A DNA stretch of 64,000 bases, taken from Actinomycetota bacterium (lineage in GTDB: Bacteria; Actinomycetota; Coriobacteriia; Anaerosomatales; JAUXNU01). Below are positions 51,427 through 60,029 of this stretch, piece after piece. The stretch covers positions 22,196 to 86,195 of the forward strand of contig JAUXNU010000151.1 in NCBI GenBank assembly GCA_030682655.1, read 5' to 3'. Numbering within the stretch: position 1 is the stretch's first letter; the number at the start of each line of letters is the position of its first letter. The position numbers were made by a program, and so were the translations under genes. The notes beneath the pieces were generated by a model. The model was not told the origin of the DNA, did no database searches, and worked only from the letters and a program-made list of their open reading frames with translations.

Positions 51427-52825
51427 GATCGGTCTCCTCATCTCGAGCGGCGAGGCGATTTGCCGCAATCGCAAAGGCAACGAACAGCCAGAGGTAGTCG
51501 AAGTATAGATAGTACTGGAACAGTGATTGCACCAGTAGGCTCACGAGGCCCGCCGCAGCGAACGATTCGGCAACGGTCCAGGACGCCAGCCTGCGCCGCA
51601 CGAACGTCCTGACCAGCGTCCACACAAGCACGACTTCGGCGATGATGCCAGCCATCCCCATCTCCGCCCACAGCGCGAGGGGGAGTTGGTGCGGGCGAAT
51701 GACGCCCGACAGCGTCCCGGCAGCACGGTACGCCGGGAACGCGACATCGTATGCGCTGAGCCCTGTCCCGAACGTCCAGTAGTCACGGATCATCTCCACC
51801 GAGGACCCGACCATGTAGTAGCGGGTGCCGATGGAGTTGTCCCCGCCAACGTCACCGATAGACGCGATGCGTTCGATGATCGCCTCTGGTCGTGCCGCAA
51901 ACACCGCAGCGACGAGCACCCCGCCAAGGATGACCAGCCACAGGCGGCGCTTGGGCGGCGCGGTCATGACGAGCACCACAGCCCCGACAGCGACGCCGAC
52001 CCATCCCGTTCGGGAGAAGGTAACCAGCACCGCGCCACCACAAAGAGCGCAGCATCCCAGCAGCGGTGCCACGACACGCGATCTGCGCGCGTGGAGCAGG
52101 TACCCAAGCGCGACGATGAATGCAAGACTCGCGAAGCCCGCGAAGTAGTTCGGGTCGTCGAACAGAGCGCCCACGCGACGCATCACGACGCCACCCTGCC
52201 TGACCTGGATGACATTGCCGTAGTCGAAATCCGGCAAGAAGTACTGCGCGAGAGCGAACGCCGAACTCGCGGCTCCGGTGACCATCAGCGCGCTGGCGAC
52301 CCAGCCGAACACGCGCCGGCTGCTCATGGCGTTGGCGTAGAGCAGGACGAAGGCCCACAAGAAGGCAAGCCGGATAATCGCGACGATCGTGTCTCGGCGA
52401 TCGAGCGAGAAAGGCAACGACCACACCGCGGCCAGCACCAGCAGCGCCATGCCGATGTCGACGATCGAGAACCGCACCTTGGCGTCGACGCGCCATGCGA
52501 GAGCGACAGCCCACGAGACGAGCGTGAGACCGAGCATCACATGGAACGCGGTGATGGTGACCGAGCCGGAGGAGAGCACACGGCCGTACATGTCGAGCGG
52601 CAGCGTCACGACCATCAGCACGGTACCGATCTCGAAGCGCCAGAGGATGAGGCCGGCGGCGGCGATGCCGAGCAGCCCGACCGCGAGTGTCGTCCCACGG
52701 GACACCGCGTAGCCGGCGATCGCACCTGCGATCACCGTTCCGAGCAGCCACAGGAGCGTCTCGGTCGAGACGATGCGGGGAGTCGCAATATCCCCCGCAG
52801 ACCCTGCCTCAGCCGACTTGCGCAA
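51416..52825 (-). CDS. O-antigen ligase/polymerase (Wzy/WaaL-like)
   Basis: About 12 TMs; 'FDDPNYFA', 'TFSRTGW', 'R..M.....FGTG', 'PHQLPL..WAEMGMAG'. Confidence 0.9.
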   Translation of the reverse strand: MRKSAEAGSAGDIATPRIVSTETLLWLLGTVIAGAIAGYAVSRGTTLAVGLLGIAAAGLILWRFEIGTVLMVVTLPLDMYGRVLSSGSVTITAFHVMLGLTLVSWAVALAWRVDAKVRFSIVDIGMALLVLAAVWSLPFSLDRRDTIVAIIRLAFLWAFVLLYANAMSSRRVFGWVASALMVTGAASSAFALAQYFLPDFDYGNVIQVRQGGVVMRRVGALFDDPNYFAGFASLAFIVALGYLLHARRSRVVAPLLGCCALCGGAVLVTFSRTGWVGVAVGAVVLVMTAPPKRRLWLVILGGVLVAAVFAARPEAIIERIASIGDVGGDNSIGTRYYMVGSSVEMIRDYWTFGTGLSAYDVAFPAYRAAGTLSGVIRPHQLPLALWAEMGMAGIIAEVVLVWTLVRTFVRRRLASWTVAESFAAAGLVSLLVQSLFQYYLYFDYLWLFVAFAIAANRLAARDEETDRVN

Positions 52826-52914
52826 CAGCGAACCTCTCTTCTATCCTCAGACCGAATCGCGCAGCTACCCGCGCGTCACCGACAACTCCTCGCGGCCGAG
52901 GGCCGTCTCCGCCT

Positions 52915-54252
52915 ATGTCACGTTGCGTCCTCATTATGACCTACGAGTTCCCGCCGACGGGAGGCGGGGGCGTCCAGCGCGTCGCAAAGTTCAGCCGCTA
53001 CCTGCCCGAGTCTGGCTGGACACCGGTCGTCGTGGCCGCTGAGCTCGTACCCGGTAGGCCGCTGGACGAATCGCTCGCGTCCGAGACCGCTTCCGTGCGG
53101 GTCGTCAGAACACCGGCCCGCCATGTCTCCTCGGCCATCTCCCGGCTCATCAAACCTGCCAAGGAGATAGCTGCCGGCAGCTCCCGCGACGCCACGCCCG
53201 AGCGCACCGCCGTAGGCACACCGGCGCTTCACAAGCCGTCGCTTTCGCGACGCCTCGCACGATGGGTCACCGTACCAGACGACGCCGTCTTCTGGAAGGG
53301 ACCCGCGACCGACGCCGCAGTACGACTGGGGCGCGACTCCGGCGCGGAGGCCGTCATCGCCACCGGGCCTCCGTACTCGGTCGTCGTCGCAGGTGCGGAT
53401 GTAGCGCGCAGGCTCGGCGTGCCGCTTGTCGCTGATATGCGCGACGCTTGGGACCGGAATCCCGGCGCGGTCGTGCCCTCACCCCTACATCGCGCCATCT
53501 CCCGGGCGCAGGAACGCCGCTCGCTCGCGGCGGCGACCGTGGTCACGTGCACTTCGCTCGCTATCGCTGACGAGGCCCGCGCGTTCGGGGCCGGACGTGT
53601 GGAAATCATCCCTAACGGCTTCGATCCCGGCGACCTTCCACAACCGGCACGCGATGCGGCAGCACCGCTGCGAATCGCGTTCATGGGCCGCATCTACTTC
53701 GCGCAGTCCGATCCGACACCGCTCCTCGAGGCCATGGCCCGGTGCGCGACCAAAGCCGGACCGGCGTCGCGGATCGGTCTCGACATCGTCGGGACGTGGC
53801 CCTCATCCGTCGAGACCGCTGTGGAGAGGCTCAGCCTAGGTGACCGCGTGCACTTCCACGCGTACCGGCCGCACCGCGAGGCACTGGCGATCGTGGCCCA
53901 CGCAGACGTCGGCCTGGTACTCGTCGAGGACCTTCCCGGCGCCGAGGCGACCGCGCCCGCCAAACTCTACGAGTACCTCGGCCTCGGCATGACCGCTATG
54001 GTCATCGGCCCGACGGACGGCTTTCCCGCCCGCGTCATCGGCGAGACAGGCGGCGGCTTCGTGCTCTCGACCGACGACGCACCCGGGCTCGATGCGGCCC
54101 TGCGCGAGCTCGCAGCCGCGAAGACGTCGGGTGCGCTTCCCTCGCCCGACCCGGAGGCCGTCGCACGGTACGATAGACGCCGACAGGCACGCGAGTTGGC
54201 CGGCGTCCTCGACAGCATCTCCTCGGCAAGTGGGGCGGTGACGCGCCGGTGA
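52915..54252 (+). CDS. GT4-like glycosyltransferase
   Basis: 'YEFPPTGGGGVQR..KF..YL', 'ATGPPYS', 'DMRDAW', 'PAKLYEYL'. Confidence 0.9.
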   Translation: MSRCVLIMTYEFPPTGGGGVQRVAKFSRYLPESGWTPVVVAAELVPGRPLDESLASETASVRVVRTPARHVSSAISRLIKPAKEIAAGSSRDATPERTAVGTPALHKPSLSRRLARWVTVPDDAVFWKGPATDAAVRLGRDSGAEAVIATGPPYSVVVAGADVARRLGVPLVADMRDAWDRNPGAVVPSPLHRAISRAQERRSLAAATVVTCTSLAIADEARAFGAGRVEIIPNGFDPGDLPQPARDAAAPLRIAFMGRIYFAQSDPTPLLEAMARCATKAGPASRIGLDIVGTWPSSVETAVERLSLGDRVHFHAYRPHREALAIVAHADVGLVLVEDLPGAEATAPAKLYEYLGLGMTAMVIGPTDGFPARVIGETGGGFVLSTDDAPGLDAALRELAAAKTSGALPSPDPEAVARYDRRRQARELAGVLDSISSASGAVTRR

Positions 54253-55373
54253 GCGAACTGCGGATCTGCATGCGCCTCAATAACGCCTTCACCCACGACC
54301 GGCGAGTCCGACGCGAAGCCGAGGCTCTCGTCGAAGCCGGCCACGAGGTGACGGTGGTCGCCGACCTTAAGGGGAACGTGCCTGCAGGAGAGAGTGTCGC
54401 CGGCATTCGGGTGCATCGGATCCGCAAGACAAGCCGGATCCCCTACTGGAGCATCATCGCACCCTTGCGCGCAGAGGCGGCCGACGTCTACCACGCACAC
54501 GACATCGATTCGCTGTTCCCGTGTCTGGCCGCATCACGGCTGGGATCCAAACGCAGTCTGGTCGTCTACGACTCCCACGAGCTGTGGAGCGGCCACGCCC
54601 GCGACAAGGTGCATGCGAAGCGCCGGGTGCTCGTGCGCTACGAGGGCACGATGCTGCGTCACGCGGACGCGCTGATCACGGCCTCGCCGGCGTACACGGA
54701 CGAGATCGTCTCGCGCTACCGCTTCGGCGGAACCGCGATGACCCTTCTGAACGTGCCGCGCTACTGGACTGACGAAGAACTCGCGTGGGACTGGGGATGT
54801 CGCGACGCCGCCGGAGAGATCCGCATCGCCGCCGTCTCGGTCTTCCAGCATGGCCGAGGAGCCGTACAGCTGATCCAGTCCCTCGCCCACCTGCCCGCCA
54901 ATCATGTGGTCGAGCTGATCGGCCCCATCGCACAGCCGGACTACGAAGCGCTCATGCGCGCGGCCGCCGAGCCTTTCGGCGACCGGGTGCGATTCGCCGG
55001 CGCGGTGCCGGCTGCCGAGGTCATCCCCCGGCTCGCGCAATGCCATGTCTCGACGGTCCTGATCGAGCCGCTCTCTAAGAGCTACCGGCTGACCGCCCCG
55101 AACAAGCTCTTCGACTCGATGGCCGCCGGTACCCCGGTCGTGGCCTCCGACATGCGCATGATCGCCCAGATCACGCGCGAGACCAACATCGGACGCATAT
55201 GCGATGTGTCCGATCCCGCTGACATCGCCCGCGCTGTGCGAGAGGTCGTTGCCGACTTGCCTGCGCTGCAGGCCAGTGCACGCGCAGCCGCTACCCGGTA
55301 CAACTGGGACGCCGAGCGCTCCAAACTCGTCGAGCTCTACGCGGACCTCGGCAAACGGTTGCGCAACACCTAA
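54249..55373 (+). CDS. GT4 glycosyltransferase
   Basis: 'HDRRVRREAEAL', 'VYDSHEL', 'PNKLFDSMAAGTPVV'. Confidence 0.9.
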   Translation: MSELRICMRLNNAFTHDRRVRREAEALVEAGHEVTVVADLKGNVPAGESVAGIRVHRIRKTSRIPYWSIIAPLRAEAADVYHAHDIDSLFPCLAASRLGSKRSLVVYDSHELWSGHARDKVHAKRRVLVRYEGTMLRHADALITASPAYTDEIVSRYRFGGTAMTLLNVPRYWTDEELAWDWGCRDAAGEIRIAAVSVFQHGRGAVQLIQSLAHLPANHVVELIGPIAQPDYEALMRAAAEPFGDRVRFAGAVPAAEVIPRLAQCHVSTVLIEPLSKSYRLTAPNKLFDSMAAGTPVVASDMRMIAQITRETNIGRICDVSDPADIARAVREVVADLPALQASARAAATRYNWDAERSKLVELYADLGKRLRNT

Positions 55374-55434
55374 GGACGCGACTTCGGGCAAACCGCTATC
55401 CTTGGCGGGTATGCACGGCACACGTGGAGGACGA

Positions 55435-57030
55435 GTGACGACCCCAGACCCGAACCAGGGCCCGATCGACGCAACCGAGCCGCTCGACGCACCCGACGTC
55501 GCCGATGACACGACCGGGCTCGCCGAGGAGCCTGAGACCTCACTTCTCGAGCGCGCATTGCGTGCCGCCGGCTCCGACGCCGCTCGCTACATCCCCGTGC
55601 GGTTCATCCCGGCACTTACGTCGCTGGTCACCACCCCGATCTTCACACGCTGGATCGACAAGGCCGACTACGGTGCCTTCTACCTGATCAGCCCGATCGC
55701 CTCGCTCGTCGCCGCCGTTTCGGTGGGCTGGCTGCAGTCATCTACCGTCCGCTTCTACTGGCCCTCTCACAAGAAGGGCAAGGTGGACGCGTTTCTGAGC
55801 ACGGTGATCTGGACGGGGCTCACGTCGCTGGTGGCCTTCGCCCTCGCCTGCGCGATCGGTGTCTGGCTCGGTGCCGCACACATCGACGCAGCGATTATGC
55901 GCCTCATTCCCATGTCGCTGTTCTACTTCATCACCTTCACATGGGCGGGGCTTCTCTTGCAGGTGCTCCGTGCGGCGAACCGTTCCGCTTCGTACGCGAA
56001 GCTCTCGATCGGCGTCACGCTGCTCGTCACAGCGATCTCTGTCGGACTCGTGCTCGCAGGCTGGGGCGCCACTGGAATCTTCGCCGGAGCGGCGATCGGC
56101 AATCTGGTCTTCCTGCCATTCATGTTGCGGGCCGTCCGCGAGGAAGGCGACATCGTCCCCCACGGCCTCGACCGGCCACTGCTTCGCGAGATGCTCGTTT
56201 ACGGCGCACCGCTGGTGCCCGTCGGGCTAGCCGGCTGGGCGCTGGCCGTGCTCGATCGCTTCGTCATCCAGGCCTTTCGCGGGCCGTCCGAGGTCGGCCT
56301 ATACGCAGTCGCCTACAGCCTCGGCGACAAGATCATGCAACTCGTGACCATGCCGCTCATCCTCACGATGATGCCGTCGCTCACCGAAGCCTACGAGAAG
56401 CGGGGCCAGCGTCTCGCGGAGCAGATGCAGACCCATTTCACGCGCTATTTTGCCCTGCTGACGCTCCCCCTCCTGACGGGGCTCACGATCACGTCTCAGG
56501 TCTTCATGCGAGTGTTCACCGGCCCCGATTATCGCGAGGCGTACGCGGTCCTTCCCATCGTCGCTGCCGGCTCAATGCTCGGCCAGCTCGCGAACATCGC
56601 GGGCACGGGCCTTGGCATGCACAAGAAGACCCGGCTCATCATGGTCAATACTCTGGTGGCAGCGGCCTTCAACGTGGCGGCGAACATCGTGCTGGTGCCG
56701 CGAATCGGCTACATGGCCTCGGCCATCAACACGGTTGCCGCCTACGGAATACTCCTCTTCATGACCTGGCTGCAGTCGAGGCGCTACATGCGCTGGCTGC
56801 TGCCCTGGGAATCCCTCGTGCGCATCGCTCTCGCGTCCGCGGGCATGGGGGCCGTCGTCTGGGGCACCACACTCATCCTTCCCGCAACGCTATGGGCGCT
56901 GATCGCCGAGGTCTGCATCGGTGTGGCAGTCTATGGGACACTGCTCGTGGCGTTCGGTGGAGTACGTGCCGAGGAGCGCGCGTTCGTCCGCACGTTAGCG
57001 GCCCGCGGCATGGCACGCCTGCGCCGCTAG
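55435..57030 (+). CDS. Wzx-type polysaccharide flippase
   Basis: 12-14 TMs; 'DKADYGAF', 'LDRFVI', 'VGLYAVAY'; RBS GGAGG before GTG 55435. Confidence 0.9.
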   Translation: MTTPDPNQGPIDATEPLDAPDVADDTTGLAEEPETSLLERALRAAGSDAARYIPVRFIPALTSLVTTPIFTRWIDKADYGAFYLISPIASLVAAVSVGWLQSSTVRFYWPSHKKGKVDAFLSTVIWTGLTSLVAFALACAIGVWLGAAHIDAAIMRLIPMSLFYFITFTWAGLLLQVLRAANRSASYAKLSIGVTLLVTAISVGLVLAGWGATGIFAGAAIGNLVFLPFMLRAVREEGDIVPHGLDRPLLREMLVYGAPLVPVGLAGWALAVLDRFVIQAFRGPSEVGLYAVAYSLGDKIMQLVTMPLILTMMPSLTEAYEKRGQRLAEQMQTHFTRYFALLTLPLLTGLTITSQVFMRVFTGPDYREAYAVLPIVAAGSMLGQLANIAGTGLGMHKKTRLIMVNTLVAAAFNVAANIVLVPRIGYMASAINTVAAYGILLFMTWLQSRRYMRWLLPWESLVRIALASAGMGAVVWGTTLILPATLWALIAEVCIGVAVYGTLLVAFGGVRAEERAFVRTLAARGMARLRR

Positions 57031-57063
57031 CCGCATGACCGAGGTCGTCGTGGAGGTTCACCA

Positions 57064-58155
57064 GTGCGAATCGGAGTCGTGACCGTCTCGAGGAGCGTCC
57101 ATACGCGCGTATTCGTCGAATACCTCGTCGACGCCGGCCACGAAGTCACGGTCATCACGAACCGCGACCGCTTCGAGGTCGATGGCGTGCGCACCATCAA
57201 CGTCCGCCCCTTCAAGGGTCGTCGCTTCAAGCTCTCCGACCGCACTCTCCTCGGCATACGTGATCGCAGGATCGGGCGGGTGCTCGAGCGCGAGCGCTTC
57301 GATGTCGTCAACGTACAGATGCTCATGAGCGACGGGGTCGCGGCAACGCTTCTGTCCCCGTCGCCGGTCGTGCTCACGCTCTACGGATCCGACGTCTACC
57401 ACCGCGACCGCCTGCCCGACGACTATCTGCGTCGACTCCCCGAGGCGCTGCAGCGAGCGCACACCATCCACGCCTGTTCCGAGCACATGGCCGAGGAGCT
57501 GGTGCGTGTCGGAGCGCCTGCGGAGCACATCGTGACGTTCCAGTACGGCATCGACCCACAACGCTTCGTCCCGCTCGCCGAAGCCGATCGCGCACCGCGC
57601 ATCATCTCGTCACGGCAGCTCAAGCCGCTGTACCGCGTGCACCTCGCAGTGGAAGCAATGCCGGCTGTCCTTGACCGATTCCCGGATGCGCGCCTCGTCA
57701 TCTACGACCGCGGGCCCGAGGAGCCGCGCCTGCGCGAAGCCGTGGCGCGACTCGGCATCGGCGACGCCGTCGAGTTTCCCGGGTTCCTGCCTCCCGAGTC
57801 ACTCGCCGAGGATCTAGGACACAGCGCGGTCTGGGTGTCGATAGCCGAGTCTGACGGAACACCGATCTCGCTGCTCGAAGCAATGGCAGCGGGCGCGTTC
57901 CCGGTGGTAGCGGACATCCCCACGCTGCACGAATGGCTTTCGCCGGATACTGCGGCGTTCGTTGGCGACCCAACGCCGGAGACTCTTGCGCACGCTCTCA
58001 TCGGCGCGCTTGAGCGAGCACGGACCGGGAAGCACATCGAACCCAACCGCCGCGCCGTCACCGAACGGGCAGACCGCACTGCGAACCTTGCACGATTCGA
58101 GCGTCTGCTCCAGAACGCGGCCGTCGGGCGCAGCTCATGGGGGCTCCTGGTTTAG
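57064..58155 (+). CDS. GT4 glycosyltransferase
   Basis: 'SRQLKPLYR', 'SDGTPISLLEAMAAGAFPVV'. Confidence 0.9.
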   Translation: MRIGVVTVSRSVHTRVFVEYLVDAGHEVTVITNRDRFEVDGVRTINVRPFKGRRFKLSDRTLLGIRDRRIGRVLERERFDVVNVQMLMSDGVAATLLSPSPVVLTLYGSDVYHRDRLPDDYLRRLPEALQRAHTIHACSEHMAEELVRVGAPAEHIVTFQYGIDPQRFVPLAEADRAPRIISSRQLKPLYRVHLAVEAMPAVLDRFPDARLVIYDRGPEEPRLREAVARLGIGDAVEFPGFLPPESLAEDLGHSAVWVSIAESDGTPISLLEAMAAGAFPVVADIPTLHEWLSPDTAAFVGDPTPETLAHALIGALERARTGKHIEPNRRAVTERADRTANLARFERLLQNAAVGRSSWGLLV

Positions 58156-58365
58156 TCGACGGCATAGGGATGCGTCCTGTGTGAGGCCGATTCCATTGAT
58201 GCTTCGAGGATCTTGAATCGGCCGAACGAGCATCCCGTTGCCGTCGCGGCGGCTGATGTACTCCAGCTTGGTCCGCTCTCTCAGAATGATGCACGCCCAT
58301 CGGCCAAGGGCACAGACATCGGTTCGGTCAAGAGCGTTTGGCACGCCAAAGAGCGCGCTCGAATA

Positions 58366-58398
58366 GGCATCTCACTGGCATCTCACTGGCATCTCACT
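58366..58398. repeat. Tandem repeat (GGCATCTCACT) x3
   Basis: Three exact 11-bp copies. Confidence 0.95.
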
Positions 58399-58443
58399 CA
58401 AGCACAGGGCTATTCCCAAGCGCCACATCGGCGTATTCTATGC

Positions 58444-58478
58444 GGGGGGGGGTATCAGTCCAAGGGTATCAGTCCAAG
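58444..58478. repeat. G9 tract and tandem (GGTATCAGTCCAAG) x2
   Basis: G run at 58444-58452 overlapping two exact 14-bp copies (58451-58478), directly before the RBS. Confidence 0.9.
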
Positions 58479-58492
58479 CGAAGGGAGGAACC

Positions 58493-59188
58493 ATGAGTCG
58501 TCGCATTATTGTCGTCTTGCATCTCGTTGTTCTGCTGCTTGCGTCTTCGGTGACGCATGCATTCGCGGAGGAGAGCCTGCCACACTACGTGCTTGGCTAT
58601 CAGTACTCGAAGTCGTATGCGGGCATGCAGGGCAGCATCTGGGCCTACAACTGGTTCACGACCGAGAATGAGCCTGGCGGGCATCACGTCAGTTCGTTCT
58701 ACATCAACCCAGATGGCTGGGAAGGGCTGATGGATGACTACATCGAAGCCGGTCTCTGCAAGGGTGCGTTCACAATCTACTCCGGTAGCGGAGATCAGCG
58801 CCCGGTGTTCTTCCATGCCTATGAGGACTATCCAAAGGTGGTCACTCAAGTGTATCGAGAGCACGGCAGGGCCAGCATCGGCGCGTGGCATACGGTGAAG
58901 ATAGCAAACTACCAGACGTCCACCGGTGCCCCCAGTGACTGGTGTGTGTACTTCAACGGCGTTTGTCGCGTGGATTCGGCCCCGTATGGCTGGTACGTCG
59001 GACAGCCCATCACAGCCTCAGAACGGAAGCTGGTGACTGATCATAATCACTCAGCGTTCTCCGGACTGATGAATCGCAAGCTGTCCGGTACGCACGCGAA
59101 CTGGACGTCCATCGCATACTACGACAATGACATCGGCTACCGCCCGTTCACGGTAGGCGGGAACGCGTGGAACTGCATCATACAGTAG
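58493..59188 (+). CDS. Secreted protein, possibly a neprosin-like glutamic peptidase
   Basis: Signal peptide (AFA|EE); 'YAGMQGSI', 'YIEAG', 'WCVYFNG', 'ASE'; rich in aromatic residues. Confidence 0.6.
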   Translation: MSRRIIVVLHLVVLLLASSVTHAFAEESLPHYVLGYQYSKSYAGMQGSIWAYNWFTTENEPGGHHVSSFYINPDGWEGLMDDYIEAGLCKGAFTIYSGSGDQRPVFFHAYEDYPKVVTQVYREHGRASIGAWHTVKIANYQTSTGAPSDWCVYFNGVCRVDSAPYGWYVGQPITASERKLVTDHNHSAFSGLMNRKLSGTHANWTSIAYYDNDIGYRPFTVGGNAWNCIIQ

Positions 59189-59210
59189 CCCGAGTTCTGG
59201 AGGTCTCGAA

Positions 59211-59828
59211 GTGAACAGACAGCGTGAGTTGAAGAAGCTAGCAGTCTTGGCGGCAATGGTTCTGGTCGTATCGATTGTCGGCTGCGGAAGCGGCTCCGCG
59301 GACGTCGGGTCCAGCCCAGCTGCCCCCTCAGCATCGAAGTACGAGCCGACCGGCAATGAGACGTTTCCGGAGTTTGCGACGGTCGAAGAGGCCCAGAAAC
59401 AGATTGCGTTCAAGCCAAAGGTGCCCGCGAAGGCGATCGGCAAGCTGAAGAAGGTCGTTGTGCGAGATGTTGACGGGGGGAAGGAGCTGCCCACGTCGAA
59501 GAAATCCGCTGACCTTCACTATGAGTCATTCTGGATCGCGGAGGCGCCCTTTGCCAGTGCGGAAGAAGCGGCAGCTCAGCTCGATAGATTGATGTCGCTG
59601 GACGAATCGCCAACGTACCTTATCGAGGTGTCGGTGCACGGCCTCAGAGCTCTTGCGCATGACCCAGTGAACATTCCCCTCACCGAGAACGCAGATGGGA
59701 CCTTCTCAGGCGGTCTCAGAGTAGACGGCTCTTCGGTAGTCTGGGTCGACGGAAACATGCTCTACAACATGGCAAGCGACAAGCTGAAATACAGAGAGCT
59801 TCTCGACATCGCAGAGTCGATGTACTAG
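59211..59828 (+). CDS. Lipoprotein (DUF4367-like)
   Basis: Lipobox IVGC; 'TVEEAQKQIAFKPKVP'; 'WVDGNMLY...ELLDIAESM'. Confidence 0.7.
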   Translation: MNRQRELKKLAVLAAMVLVVSIVGCGSGSADVGSSPAAPSASKYEPTGNETFPEFATVEEAQKQIAFKPKVPAKAIGKLKKVVVRDVDGGKELPTSKKSADLHYESFWIAEAPFASAEEAAAQLDRLMSLDESPTYLIEVSVHGLRALAHDPVNIPLTENADGTFSGGLRVDGSSVVWVDGNMLYNMASDKLKYRELLDIAESMY

Positions 59829-59914
59829 GCAAGTCACGGCGAGAGCTGCCCCATCTGGCATCGCTCTCAAGTCCAACTCCAGACGACACAAGTACAGCGC
59901 ATCATCATTGGTCA

Positions 59915-59976
59915 TGGGGCGGCGCTCTTTCTGCTTGAACCTTGGGCAGTCCTTGCAGAAGCGATGCGCCGCCCCA
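59915..59976. repeat. Long imperfect hairpin between convergent genes
   Basis: TGGGGCGGCGC/GCGCCGCCCCA outer stem with an inner TTCTGC/GCAGAA stem. Confidence 0.6.
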
Positions 59977-60029
59977 ATCAGGGCGACAACGGACCCCGAA
60001 ATGTCGCGACGACTCGGAGATAGGACAAC

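Noticed and set aside
58135-58344. 69-aa minus-strand ORF, possible gene remnant
   Set aside because: No clear RBS or family motif, and it overlaps the GT stop.
58366-58478. CRISPR array
   Set aside because: The repeats are contiguous with no spacers and only 11-14 bp long; no cas genes are present.
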